Assembly: GCA_965223855.1 (NCBI GenBank) | Contig: CBDCXM010000008.1 | Coordinates: forward strand, 416,001 to 480,000 | DNA length: 64,000 nt | Direction: 5' to 3' | From: Candidatus Multivoradales bacterium | GTDB taxonomy: Bacteria; Acidobacteriota; Thermoanaerobaculia; Multivoradales; JAHEKO01 | Made by a program: the position numbers and the translations under genes | Notes under the pieces: generated by a model | What the model saw: the letters and a program-made list of their open reading frames with translations, nothing else | Databases searched by the model: none | Told to the model about the DNA's origin: nothing | Part shown: positions 34,044 through 44,495 of the stretch, piece after piece | How the letters are laid out: the number at the start of each line of letters is the position of its first letter | Numbering within the stretch: the stretch's first letter is position 1

Positions 34044-36311
34044 CTAGCTCTCCACGACCCGGATCCGCGGCCGGCCCTCCGCCGCCTCGACCTCGCCCAC
34101 GACCGCGGCCACCGTCGCCGCCTCCCCTGCCGCCTCGAGCTTCTCGAGGAGCAACTGCAGGCGCTCCGGCGGCACCACCAGCAGCAGGCCTCCCGAAGTC
34201 TGAGGATCGAACAGGAGCTCGAGGTGGGCGGGCCAGCGCTCGGCCGCCTCCGGGGCGATCTCGAGAACGCCGATACCCCTGCGATTCCCCTCGTGAAAAG
34301 TGCTGCGCCTGCCCGCCGCCAGCAGCTCGAGAGCTCCCGGCAGAGCGGGCAGAGCCTCGAGGTCGATCCGGGCCGATGCGGAGGAGGCACGCAGCAGATC
34401 GGCCAGATGGCCGGCGAGGCCGAAGCCGGTGACGTCGGTCGCCGCCTCCAGTGCCGCCTCGCGCGCCGCCCGCGACGCGGCACGATTGGTCGCCACCATC
34501 GATGCGTGGGCCGCAGCGAGCCAGCGTCCGGTCGCGAGCCCCCTCATGTCCGCCCACAGCACCACTCCCGTCCCCAGCGGCTTGGTCAGGACGAGCAGAT
34601 CGCCCGGCCGCGCCGCACGCTTCTCGAGGAGCGGTCGCCGGGTCGTGCCTTCGACCTGAAAGCCGACCAGCGGCACGGGAGCGGTCGTGGTGTGCCCGCC
34701 GAGGAGGCGGACGCCAAGGTCTTCGAAGGTCGCCTGTGCCCCGCACAGAAGCTGATAGAGGTACTCCTCGCGATCGAGGCTTCGCGCGCTCTCCGCCACG
34801 GCGACGAACGCCTGCGCGTAGCGCGGCTCCACACCCTTGGCGAGCAGGTCGGAGATCGCGTTGGCCGCCGCCACGCGCCCCACGAGATAGGCGTCGTCGC
34901 TGAACGGTCGGAAGCCGTCGAGGTTGCTCACCGTCACCGAACCGCCGCCCGTCTCCCAGGCGACGACGTCCTCAGCCGCCTCCATGCCGAGGACGATCGG
35001 TGGTTCGTCGGCAGGCAGGTCGAGTCGCTCCAGGACCCGACTCAACGCCTGCTGACCGAGCTTTGCGGCGCACCCTCCGCACAGCATGCCGTCGTCGCCT
35101 TCACCCATGCCACCACCCTCGGTGGCGAAGTGCTCCGTCTCCTCGCCTTCGGCGTCGAGCACCTGGAACCGCTCCATGAAGCGGCGATCGATCCGATCCT
35201 TGAGGCGCATCACCCAACGACCGCCGAACGACAGTCCCCACTTCGCTCCCAGCGCGGTCCCGTCGCCGAGGTTGAGCAGCGTCAGGAAGTCGCGTTGCGG
35301 CCGGTAGCTCCGGAGCGGCTCGTCGGCGACGAACGCCAGGAGGTTGTCGGTCAGGTAGGGCCCCTGTCGCACTGCATAGACCCCCGCCTTCGGGGTGCGC
35401 GGCGCCTCGATGAGGGTCGCGCAGTCACCGACTGCAAAGAGGGTGTCGAAGCCCTCCACCTGGAGAGTGCTGCGGGTGCGAACGAAGCCTCTCCCGTCGA
35501 CCGGCAGGCCGCTCGAGGCGAGCACCTCGTGGCTGGTGGCTCCCGCGACCCAGACGAGGGCGTCGCTTTCCACCCGGCCTCCTCCCTCGAGTTCGACCGC
35601 GCCGTCGACGGCTGCACTCACGCGCACGCCGGTCGAGACCTGGATGCCGCACGCCGCCGCTTCGCGGGCCGCCCGGCGCCCGAGGCTTGCGGGAAACCCC
35701 TCGAGCAGGGACGGGCCCGCATGCAGCAGGGTGACTTCGACCTCGCGCCCTTCGTCGAGCAGACGGCGGCGAAGCGTGAACGCCAGCTCCACACCCCCGG
35801 CACCCCCACCGACCACCGTCACCCTGAATACGCCGTCGTGCCGCGCAGCCGCCGCCGAGATCTCGTCGATCCGCTCGACGAAGCGCCCGATCGGCCGCGT
35901 CGGAATCGCCCGTTTCCCGACACCCGGCAGGTCGAGGCCGATGACCGTCGAGCCGATGTCGAGCGAGGCGAGGTCGTAGCGAATCGGCGGCCTCCCCGCC
36001 ACCGCGACCGAACGCTCCTCCGGGTCGATCGCGATCATCGCAGAGAGCACCACCTCGGCGCCGGCTCGCCGCGCCAGCGGGAGGACGTCGATCTCGAGCT
36101 CGGCCGGCTCGTACTGACCGGCCACGCACCCCGGCACCATCCCGGAATAGACCGCGATCGGCGTATCGACGACCACCGTGACCCTCAGCCGCTCGGGAGG
36201 CTCCATCAGAAATCGCCGGAGGACCTGGACGTGAGCGTGCCCTCCGCCCACGAGCACGAGGTGCCTTCGGTCATCCGGCGGGACGGGGGCTTGCGATCCC
36301 GGAGCTCTCAT
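34044..36311 (-). CDS. selD: Selenide,water dikinase fused to an N-terminal FAD-dependent pyridine nucleotide-disulfide oxidoreductase
   Basis: LVGGGHAH, YSGMVPG, KAGVYAVRQ, then CGGCAAK (Cys form), NAISD, LGGHT, TKPLGTG, TDVTGFGL.GH, DPQTSGGLL. Confidence 0.92.
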   Translation of the reverse strand: MRAPGSQAPVPPDDRRHLVLVGGGHAHVQVLRRFLMEPPERLRVTVVVDTPIAVYSGMVPGCVAGQYEPAELEIDVLPLARRAGAEVVLSAMIAIDPEERSVAVAGRPPIRYDLASLDIGSTVIGLDLPGVGKRAIPTRPIGRFVERIDEISAAAARHDGVFRVTVVGGGAGGVELAFTLRRRLLDEGREVEVTLLHAGPSLLEGFPASLGRRAAREAAACGIQVSTGVRVSAAVDGAVELEGGGRVESDALVWVAGATSHEVLASSGLPVDGRGFVRTRSTLQVEGFDTLFAVGDCATLIEAPRTPKAGVYAVRQGPYLTDNLLAFVADEPLRSYRPQRDFLTLLNLGDGTALGAKWGLSFGGRWVMRLKDRIDRRFMERFQVLDAEGEETEHFATEGGGMGEGDDGMLCGGCAAKLGQQALSRVLERLDLPADEPPIVLGMEAAEDVVAWETGGGSVTVSNLDGFRPFSDDAYLVGRVAAANAISDLLAKGVEPRYAQAFVAVAESARSLDREEYLYQLLCGAQATFEDLGVRLLGGHTTTAPVPLVGFQVEGTTRRPLLEKRAARPGDLLVLTKPLGTGVVLWADMRGLATGRWLAAAHASMVATNRAASRAAREAALEAATDVTGFGLAGHLADLLRASSASARIDLEALPALPGALELLAAGRRSTFHEGNRRGIGVLEIAPEAAERWPAHLELLFDPQTSGGLLLVVPPERLQLLLEKLEAAGEAATVAAVVGEVEAAEGRPRIRVVES

Positions 36312-36418
36312 GCGCAGGACTGATTCTCGAGGAGATGGCGTCGACGAGCGGGAAACAGCGCGACCTGTGTTCAACTAGCCCACCGATGCAACCCGGCGAT
36401 CATACTCACAGCAACTCG

Positions 36419-36976
36419 ATGCCGGCGTTCCGACTGGCCGTCGCCGCGCTGGTGGGATCGGCCCTCTGGGTCGCGGCCTGCGGCTCGGCGGGCGACGACA
36501 ACGCAGCACCGCTCTCCAGGAAAGCGAGCCTGCCGATGGATTCGAGACTCGAGTCCCTCGAAGAGAAGGTGGAATCGACGCGGGAAGCGTTCCCCGATGT
36601 GCCGACCGTGGACGCAGGCGAGGTGGCCCGAAGGATCGACGACGGTAGCGCCGTCCTCGTCGACGTCCGGGAGCCCCACGAGCGGGCGGTTTCAACCCTG
36701 CCCGGCGCCATCTCGAGCGACGAGTTCGAGAAACGCTCAGCGGAGTTCACGGGCAGACAGGTCGTCACCTACTGCACGGTCGGCTACCGGAGTTCGAAGT
36801 ACGCGCGCGCTCTGATGAGGAAGGGCTGGGACGTGTCGAATTTCGAGGGCAGCATTCTCGCCTGGACCCACGCCGGCGGGACACTGGTCGATTCCGAGGG
36901 CGAGGAGACGCGTCGTGTGCACGTTTTCGGCCCCGACTGGAACCTCGCCGCCGACGGCTACGAACCGGTCTGGTAG
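36419..36976 (+). CDS. Rhodanese-like domain lipoprotein
   Basis: VAAC lipobox, LVDVRE..E..VSTLPGA, active loop YCTVGYRS. Start uncertain (36335-36419). Confidence 0.85.
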   Translation: MPAFRLAVAALVGSALWVAACGSAGDDNAAPLSRKASLPMDSRLESLEEKVESTREAFPDVPTVDAGEVARRIDDGSAVLVDVREPHERAVSTLPGAISSDEFEKRSAEFTGRQVVTYCTVGYRSSKYARALMRKGWDVSNFEGSILAWTHAGGTLVDSEGEETRRVHVFGPDWNLAADGYEPVW

Positions 36977-37004
36977 CAGCTCGGTCCGAGCGTTCTCGCC
37001 AGGC

Positions 37005-37223
37005 TCACTCGTCGGAGTGCTCGGCGATCTTCAGCGCACCGCTCGGGCAGCGGGCGACGGCGGAGCGCACCTCGTCCGCAGTGGCCTCGTCGGGCAAGAT
37101 CCATGGGCGCCGACCGAGCTCGAACACGGGTGGGAGTCCACGGACGCAGTTGCCCGAGTGGGTGCACACTTCGAGATCGAAAGTGACGTCGAGCGCCTTG
37201 CCACGGTAGGTCTTTCTGGCCAT
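37005..37223 (-). CDS. Divergent 4Fe-4S mono-cluster protein (YjdI/Fer4_19 family)
   Basis: CTHSGNCVRGLP.VF...RPWI...CPSGAL. Confidence 0.88.
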   Translation of the reverse strand: MARKTYRGKALDVTFDLEVCTHSGNCVRGLPPVFELGRRPWILPDEATADEVRSAVARCPSGALKIAEHSDE

Positions 37224-37280
37224 CGGAGGTCTCCTCGAGGTTGTTCGAGCGATCGGCTCCACCGGGAGCGAGCCGACGCC

Positions 37281-37871
37281 TCACTCTAGCCCGAAGGCCT
37301 CGTCGAGCCCCAATACGCGTACGCGAGGCCAGCGCTCGGTCCAGCGCTTCGTCGCCATCCGCTCCTCGAACACCCGTGCCGCCCCGGGGAAGATCAGGTT
37401 GGGTCGCGCCACCAGGTCGAGCAGGTCGTCGACCCCGTGCGGGCTCAGAACCTCGATCTCGCCGTCGTCGCCGAGACGCGCCGCCACGGAGGTGCAGGTC
37501 TCCGTCCAGCGCGACAGTGCGTCCTCGGTCGATGTGTAGGGCGGTTCGTCGTTGTACTCGTGGATCCAGGCCTGGTTGACGACCTCCCACGGCAGCTCCG
37601 GGAGCGTGTCCCCGAGCCGTCGCTCGATCCGGGCATCGACCTCCGGGCTCGCGTTGTCCCGGTCGAAGTAGACGACGTCGACGTCGCCGGGAGGATGCCG
37701 TTCGCGGTAGCCATGGAGACGATCCCAGACGACATTGCGCAGGGCACCGGCAGCCACCCAGGCGTCAGGCAGACGGAGATCGCGCACAGCGGAGAGGAGC
37801 GCCACGAACGGCGTCTCCGCGGCCAGAATCGAGACCAGGCGCTGCCGTCCCTCCGCCGACGAGCTGCTCAT
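37281..37871 (-). CDS. Nucleotidyltransferase family protein (DUF925/NTP_transf_6)
   Basis: AAGALRNVVWD, DVDVVYFD, WEVVNQA, ETCTSV. Confidence 0.85.
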   Translation of the reverse strand: MSSSSAEGRQRLVSILAAETPFVALLSAVRDLRLPDAWVAAGALRNVVWDRLHGYRERHPPGDVDVVYFDRDNASPEVDARIERRLGDTLPELPWEVVNQAWIHEYNDEPPYTSTEDALSRWTETCTSVAARLGDDGEIEVLSPHGVDDLLDLVARPNLIFPGAARVFEERMATKRWTERWPRVRVLGLDEAFGLE

Positions 37872-37897
37872 CGGGCGATTGTAAGCTCGCCGACGCG

Positions 37898-39064
37898 ATG
37901 AGTTCTCCGGCAGCCTGTGTCGACTTCCTCCAGCGCCTCATTCAGACGCCGAGCCTGCCCGGTGAGGAGGGGCCGATCGCCGAGCTCGTCGCCGACGAGA
38001 TGCGAAGCCTCGGCTACGACGACGTCGACCTCGACGACGCCGGCAACGTCATCGGTCGCATCGCCGGCGGCGACGCCTCACCGGTGCAGTTCAACACCCA
38101 CCTCGACCACGTCGCCGTCGGCGACCCCGCCCGTTGGCCCTACCCGCCGCACGGCGGGGAAATCCACGACGACCGGATCTGGGGGCGGGGCGCGGTCGAC
38201 ATCAAGGGGCCGCTGGCCGCGCAGATCCACGGCGTCGCGCCACGACACGGCGAACGGCCGCCGGGAGACGTCTACGTCACCTGCGTCGTCCAGGAGGAGA
38301 TCGGCGGCGTCGGCGCCCGCCACCTCGCCGAGACGCTCTTCACACCGATCGTCGTCGTCGGCGAGCCGAGCTCCAACACCATCCGGCGCGGACATCGCGG
38401 GCGAGCCGAGCTCGTCGTCCACGTCCTCGGCAGGAGCGTCCATGCCAGCGTCCCGCAAAAGGGGGTGAACCCGCTGATCTCGATCGGCCGCTTCCTCGCC
38501 GCCCTCGACGCGGCCACCGTCGGCGACCATCCCGAGCTGGGACCGAGCACCGTCGTGCCGACGCTGATCGAAACCGACCAATCGAGCGCCAACGTCGTGC
38601 CGGCGGAGGTATGGCTGACCTGTGATTGGCGTCTGGTGCCGGGCGAGTCCGACGCCGACGCCCGGGCAAGCCTTCAGGCGCTGCTCGCAGAGTCGCTCAC
38701 CGAGGGGGCGACCGGCACCGTCACCGTGCCCGAGTTCGATCGGCGCGCCTACACCGGCCTCGCGATGACGATCCCCGCCAGCAACCCGGCCTACCTGCTC
38801 CCCGCCAACCACCCCGCCGTGACCTGTGCCGAGCGGGTTTTGGCGGAGGCGGGCGGTGCGACCGGACCGGCCGGCGTCTGGCAGTTCGCCACCGACGGGG
38901 GGCACTACGCCGCGGTCGGCATGTCTCCGATCGGCTTCGGACCGGGCGATCCGCTACTGGCTCACACCGTCGACGAGCACATCGAGCTGTCCGAGCTCGA
39001 GACGGCTCTGGCCGTCAACCGGTCGCTCTCGCTGGCCCTGGCGCACGCCGCCGAGCCGGGTTAG
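37898..39064 (+). CDS. M20 family metallo-hydrolase (ArgE/DapE/YgeY-like)
   Basis: HLDHV, GRGAVDIKG, VQEEIGG, GEPS...GHRGR, ATDG, GFGPG...AHTVDE. Confidence 0.88.
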   Translation: MSSPAACVDFLQRLIQTPSLPGEEGPIAELVADEMRSLGYDDVDLDDAGNVIGRIAGGDASPVQFNTHLDHVAVGDPARWPYPPHGGEIHDDRIWGRGAVDIKGPLAAQIHGVAPRHGERPPGDVYVTCVVQEEIGGVGARHLAETLFTPIVVVGEPSSNTIRRGHRGRAELVVHVLGRSVHASVPQKGVNPLISIGRFLAALDAATVGDHPELGPSTVVPTLIETDQSSANVVPAEVWLTCDWRLVPGESDADARASLQALLAESLTEGATGTVTVPEFDRRAYTGLAMTIPASNPAYLLPANHPAVTCAERVLAEAGGATGPAGVWQFATDGGHYAAVGMSPIGFGPGDPLLAHTVDEHIELSELETALAVNRSLSLALAHAAEPG

Positions 39065-40527
39065 CGAACGACGAACCGGGCGACCCGTTCCTCGTCCGGC
39101 CGTTCGGTCGCGAGGCTGACGCCGATCAGCAGCGGAAGCTGCACCACGAGCCCCCACAGCCCGGGGTGGATCCCTCCCCACTGGAGCGCCGGCCACAGGT
39201 TGCAGGCGATCACCGTAGCGAAGGCGCCGGCGAGGCCGGCGAGCACCCCGGCGCGCGTCGCCCGGCGCCAGAAGAAGGTCACCAGCAGCACCGGGAAGAG
39301 CTGCGCCAGGAAGCCGTAGGAAAGCAGCAGCAGCAGGACGAGGTCGAGGTCCGAGATGACGGCGAAGTAGTAGGCCACCAGCCCCACGGCGACGACGAGC
39401 CGGCGGATCCAGCGGGTCTGCGTCTCGTCGTCGAGCTCGGAGCCCAACCACGGCCGCACGAGGTCCTTCACCAGCACCGAGCCGGCGGCATGGAGGATCG
39501 CGTCGCCGGTCGACATCGACGCCGCGAGCGCCCCGGCACAGAAGAGCCCGATCACCAGCGGTGACAGATCGAGGGAGGTCAGGAGCGTCGGCAGGATCGC
39601 GTCCGCCGGCTCGACTCCCGGCAGATAGAGGATGCCGGCAAAGCCGATGAAGAGGATCGGAATCAGGAAGACCTGGAAGGTCGGGTAGAAGACGACGGTC
39701 TTCTTGAGCGTCGGCACGTCACGAGCCGTGTAGATCTTCATGAAGTAGTGCGGCCACAACGAGAAACCGAGCGCCGAGACGAGGATCGCGCTCGAGTACC
39801 CTCCCCAGTTCCACGGCTCACCGTTGCCGGTGAGCCCGGGCGGCTCGAGCATCTGCGGCACCCTCTCGGCGAGCTGCCCGAACATCTCGCCGACGCCGCC
39901 GTAGAGGGCGTGCGGCAGGTAGAGGCCGAGGCTCCAGGCGAGCACCATCATGAAGATGCCCTGCAGGGTGTTGGTCCAGGCGACGCCGAGGACGCCGCTC
40001 TTGAGGACGTAGACCAGCACGACGCCGTAGGCGACCGCCGCGCCCGCCCAGACCGGCACCCGCCCCTCGGTGACGACGTTGAAGACGTAGCCCGCACCCT
40101 TGATCTGCAGGGTCAGATAGGGCACGAAGGCGATCAGCGAGAGGATCGCCAGCAATCCGGAGAGAGCCCGCGAATCGAATCGGTCGGCGAAGAGCTCCGC
40201 CTGTGTGACATAGCCGTAGCGGCGACCGAGGCGCGCGATCCGCGGCCCGAAGAAGTACCAGGGAACGAGGCCGAGCGTGCCGTAGGAGAGGATGTAGAAC
40301 GCCGCGGCGCCCCTCGAGTAGGCCCAGCCGGGGCCGCCGAGGAAGGCGAAGGCGCTGAAGATCGAGGCGCCCATGATGAAGTACAGAACGAGGAAGCCCA
40401 GCGAGCGATCGCCCGCCACGTAGCCCTCGGTGCCGCCGGAGGTACCGCGCCCCGACAGCACCCCAACCGCGAGCGACAGCACGAGGTAGCCGAGCGTCAC
40501 CGCGAGGACGACGATCCAGTCCGCCAT
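39061..40527 (-). CDS. Sodium:solute symporter
   Basis: About 13 TM helices; SAFAFLGGPG, GALAASMST. Confidence 0.9.
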   Translation of the reverse strand: MADWIVVLAVTLGYLVLSLAVGVLSGRGTSGGTEGYVAGDRSLGFLVLYFIMGASIFSAFAFLGGPGWAYSRGAAAFYILSYGTLGLVPWYFFGPRIARLGRRYGYVTQAELFADRFDSRALSGLLAILSLIAFVPYLTLQIKGAGYVFNVVTEGRVPVWAGAAVAYGVVLVYVLKSGVLGVAWTNTLQGIFMMVLAWSLGLYLPHALYGGVGEMFGQLAERVPQMLEPPGLTGNGEPWNWGGYSSAILVSALGFSLWPHYFMKIYTARDVPTLKKTVVFYPTFQVFLIPILFIGFAGILYLPGVEPADAILPTLLTSLDLSPLVIGLFCAGALAASMSTGDAILHAAGSVLVKDLVRPWLGSELDDETQTRWIRRLVVAVGLVAYYFAVISDLDLVLLLLLSYGFLAQLFPVLLVTFFWRRATRAGVLAGLAGAFATVIACNLWPALQWGGIHPGLWGLVVQLPLLIGVSLATERPDEERVARFVVR

Positions 40528-40549
40528 GACTCAGTAGACCGCCATTGGC

Positions 40550-40828
40550 TCAGTCTCCGTCCACCGGGTCGGTCTCCTCGTCCAGCCAGCCGTTGCGTCG
40601 CTCCCAGCGGTAGACAGCCCACAGCACGCCGAAGCAGGTCACCAGCAGGGCCGCCAGGAAGGCGAGCGAGAACGGCATGCCGAAGACCAGCGGGCGCGCC
40701 CGAGACCAGATGGGAGCGAGAGGCCAGATCGAGAGCGCGAACGCCGCGAGGAAGAAGACGACCACCCCGCGGTAGACCGCTCGCCGACGGCCGGACAGCC
40801 GGCTCGGGAACGCCCGGAACTCGCCCAC
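40550..40828 (-). CDS. Small two-TM accessory subunit of the SSS transporter (DUF3311/DUF485-like)
   Basis: WP...PLVFGMPF motif; immediately upstream of the SSS gene; GTG 40828. Confidence 0.7.
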   Translation of the reverse strand: MGEFRAFPSRLSGRRRAVYRGVVVFFLAAFALSIWPLAPIWSRARPLVFGMPFSLAFLAALLVTCFGVLWAVYRWERRNGWLDEETDPVDGD

Positions 40829-40829
40829 T

Positions 40830-41246
40830 TCAGTCGCTCGCCAGGGCGGCTGCGACGGTGGAGGCCAGCTCCGCCGCCTCGTCGTCCTCGATTCCACCCG
40901 GCTTCCAGCCGATGCCGAGACCGCGTCCCCCGACCCGCGGGATGATGTGGAAGTGGACGTGGAACACCGCCTGGTGGGCCTCGATGCCGTTGTTCTGGAG
41001 CACGTTGTAGGCCGTCGCCCCGGTCGCCTCGAGGATCGCCTTCGAGATCCGCGGCAGCACCCGCCCGAGCGCGGCGGCGGCATCGGCGGACAGCTCGTGG
41101 AGGTGGGCGACCCGTTCCTTCGGAATCACCAGGGTGTGCCCCGGTGCGAGCGGCGCGATGTCGAGGAAGGCGAGGACGTGCGGGTCCTCGTAAACGCGGT
41201 GGCAGGGAATCTCGCCGTCTAGGATGTGGTCGAAGATGGTCGGCAT
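40830..41246 (-). CDS. HIT family nucleotide hydrolase
   Basis: AFLDIAP..PGHTLVIPK, HQAVFHVHFHIIP. Confidence 0.93.
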   Translation of the reverse strand: MPTIFDHILDGEIPCHRVYEDPHVLAFLDIAPLAPGHTLVIPKERVAHLHELSADAAAALGRVLPRISKAILEATGATAYNVLQNNGIEAHQAVFHVHFHIIPRVGGRGLGIGWKPGGIEDDEAAELASTVAAALASD

Positions 41247-41255
41247 GGCAGCATT

Positions 41256-42302
41256 CTAGACCTCCCGGCCAACGGCTCCGAGGGCGGAAGCGACCCCGGC
41301 GGCACCGACCGCGGAGGCGGCCAGCCACAACGGCAGGAACGGCAGGACGTGACGGGCGTAGACCGGCCCCGCCGCCAGCACGGGCAGCAGCAGGAGCGGC
41401 AGCCATGCGAAGCTCGCGCTCCTTCCCTGCCGCAGGGTCGCTCCGACCCCCATCCCTGCCAACAGGAACAGCAACGGACCGGCGGCACGCGCGGACTCGC
41501 GAGCGATCCGGACGAGCCCGGCCGGCCAGTCACGCCACAAGGAGCCGTCCGTCTCCTCCGAGACGCGCCGGACGCTCTCGACATCGCCCCCGGTGAGCCC
41601 TTCGCGCTGCGCAACGGACTGAGCGCGCACCCAGTCGAGCTTGCCGGACAGGGCCCACTCGCCGGTCGCCGCCCGCAGGTGGAGCAGCTGAGGCGACGCC
41701 AGCAGGACGACGACCGCCAGGGACGTGAGGGAGCGACGCAGCCTCTCTCCGGGGGCGACGAGGAGCCAGCAGACGGGGGCCAGCAGCAGTCCCTCGGGAC
41801 GTGCCAGGAAGGCCCACCCCGTTCCCACTGCCGCCAACGTCGGATCGCGCCGCAGGGCGGCGCCGGCGACGAGGAGCAACCCCATGGCCGCAAGGGTCTC
41901 GGGCTGCGCCCGATCCGCCGTCGTCAGCAGGCGGGGGTGGAGCGCAATCAGCGAGCCGGCGAGCCAGGCGACGCGGCGCCAGCGGGGCCACAACGCCCAG
42001 ACCACGAGCGGCGCAGCAGCGGCCGAGGCGAGCAACGAGACGACTTGTGAGGCGAAGGCGGGCGAAAGGCCCAGGGAGGCGAGCGCCGCGGCCAAAGCCG
42101 GCAGCAGAGGGGAAACCTGGATCTCGGCGCCCCCGGCTCGCGTGAAGCTGTCGCCCGCCGCGAGGTTCCCGGCAGCCTCGACATAGGCTCGCTCGTCACC
42201 GTTGAGGGCGTCGCTCCCCAGCAGGAGGGTCGCCACCCGCGCCACCACTGCCACGGCGGCCAGAGCCAGGGCCGCGAACCGCGGGTCGAGGCGGTGCCTC
42301 AG
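41256..42302 (-). CDS. Polytopic membrane glycosyltransferase-like protein (GT-C/ArnT-like)
   Basis: DE..Y...A.NL, RPEG, R..LP motifs. Frame is open to a CTG at 42302 overlapping the mog stop; first canonical GTG is 42254. Confidence 0.65.
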   Translation of the reverse strand: MRHRLDPRFAALALAAVAVVARVATLLLGSDALNGDERAYVEAAGNLAAGDSFTRAGGAEIQVSPLLPALAAALASLGLSPAFASQVVSLLASAAAAPLVVWALWPRWRRVAWLAGSLIALHPRLLTTADRAQPETLAAMGLLLVAGAALRRDPTLAAVGTGWAFLARPEGLLLAPVCWLLVAPGERLRRSLTSLAVVVLLASPQLLHLRAATGEWALSGKLDWVRAQSVAQREGLTGGDVESVRRVSEETDGSLWRDWPAGLVRIARESARAAGPLLFLLAGMGVGATLRQGRSASFAWLPLLLLPVLAAGPVYARHVLPFLPLWLAASAVGAAGVASALGAVGREV

Positions 42303-42808
42303 TGCCGGATCCCGGTTCCGCCGGCGAGCCCTGGAACTCGCCCTCCGGCAAGCTCAACGGCATGCGGGATCGCGGGGAGTACCGCCTCCAGGCAGTCACG
42401 AAGGGCGCCCGGGCTCCCCGGCAGGTTGACGATCAGGGTGGACCCTCGCAGCCCCGCCACCTGGCGCGACAGGATCGCCGTCGGTACCCGCTCGACGGAG
42501 ACCGCTCTCATGCGCTCCCCGAAGCCCGGCAGGAGCCGATCGCAAACCGCCTCCGTCGCCTCGGGGGTGATGTCCCTGGGCGCCGGACCGGTGCCTCCGG
42601 TCGTCACGACGAAGGAGCAACCGACCTCGTCGCAAAGCCGCTCGAGGACTCTCCTGAGCTGCTCGACGTCGTCCTCGACGAGCCGGCGCTCGGCACTCCA
42701 CCCGGGCTCGAGCCGCTCGACGAGGAGCGTCTCCACGATAGGGCCGCTCTCGTCCTCGTACTCCCCCCGCGCCGCGCGATCCGAGACCGTCACGATACCG
42801 ATCCGCAT
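42299..42808 (-). CDS. mog: Molybdopterin adenylyltransferase MogA
   Basis: TVSDRA..GEYEDESG, TTGGTGPAPRDITPEAT, LSRQVAG, NLPGSP. Confidence 0.93.
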   Translation of the reverse strand: MRIGIVTVSDRAARGEYEDESGPIVETLLVERLEPGWSAERRLVEDDVEQLRRVLERLCDEVGCSFVVTTGGTGPAPRDITPEATEAVCDRLLPGFGERMRAVSVERVPTAILSRQVAGLRGSTLIVNLPGSPGALRDCLEAVLPAIPHAVELAGGRVPGLAGGTGIRH

Positions 42809-42846
42809 GGCGGGCATCATAGCCTGAACCTCTCGCACCGCTGCTC

Positions 42847-42975
42847 CCTGGAAGGCCGTATGTTACTGAATCTACTGCGCTTCCCTGTCGCTGCGCTCCC
42901 TGAAGCAGCTACGGCTATGTCTCCGATGCTCGCGACCGGTAGCCCTTTATCTTCAGCAACCCGCGGCCTTCCAGG
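42847..42975. repeat. 129-bp structured inverted-repeat element (MITE-like or ncRNA)
   Basis: Perfect 12-bp IR CCTGGAAGGCCG/CGGCCTTCCAGG, inner GTTACTGAA/TTCAGCAAC, plus internal hairpins. Confidence 0.6.
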
Positions 42976-43007
42976 ATGCGGCGGTGCGAGCAGTTCAGGC
43001 CGGCGAC

Positions 43008-44381
<1,374 letters not shown>

Positions 44382-44495
44382 GCCTCGGATGTTGGCTCAA
44401 GGTGCCTCTGTCGACAAGCCCCGACTTCTTCGAACCTGGCAGCAGACGTCGCCTCCCGCCGAACTCGACGCGACGGTACCCGGGTGCCGCTGCCC

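Noticed and set aside
34044-37871. Selenoproteins near selD
   Set aside because: SelD has Cys (CGGCAAK), and no neighbouring gene shows an in-frame TGA with conserved continuation
42847-42975. Moco riboswitch, hammerhead ribozyme or tRNA-Sec
   Set aside because: Lacks Moco consensus elements; CUGAAGA is present but not the GAAA core; no cloverleaf or UCA anticodon arm; mog appears to have its own leaderless promoter
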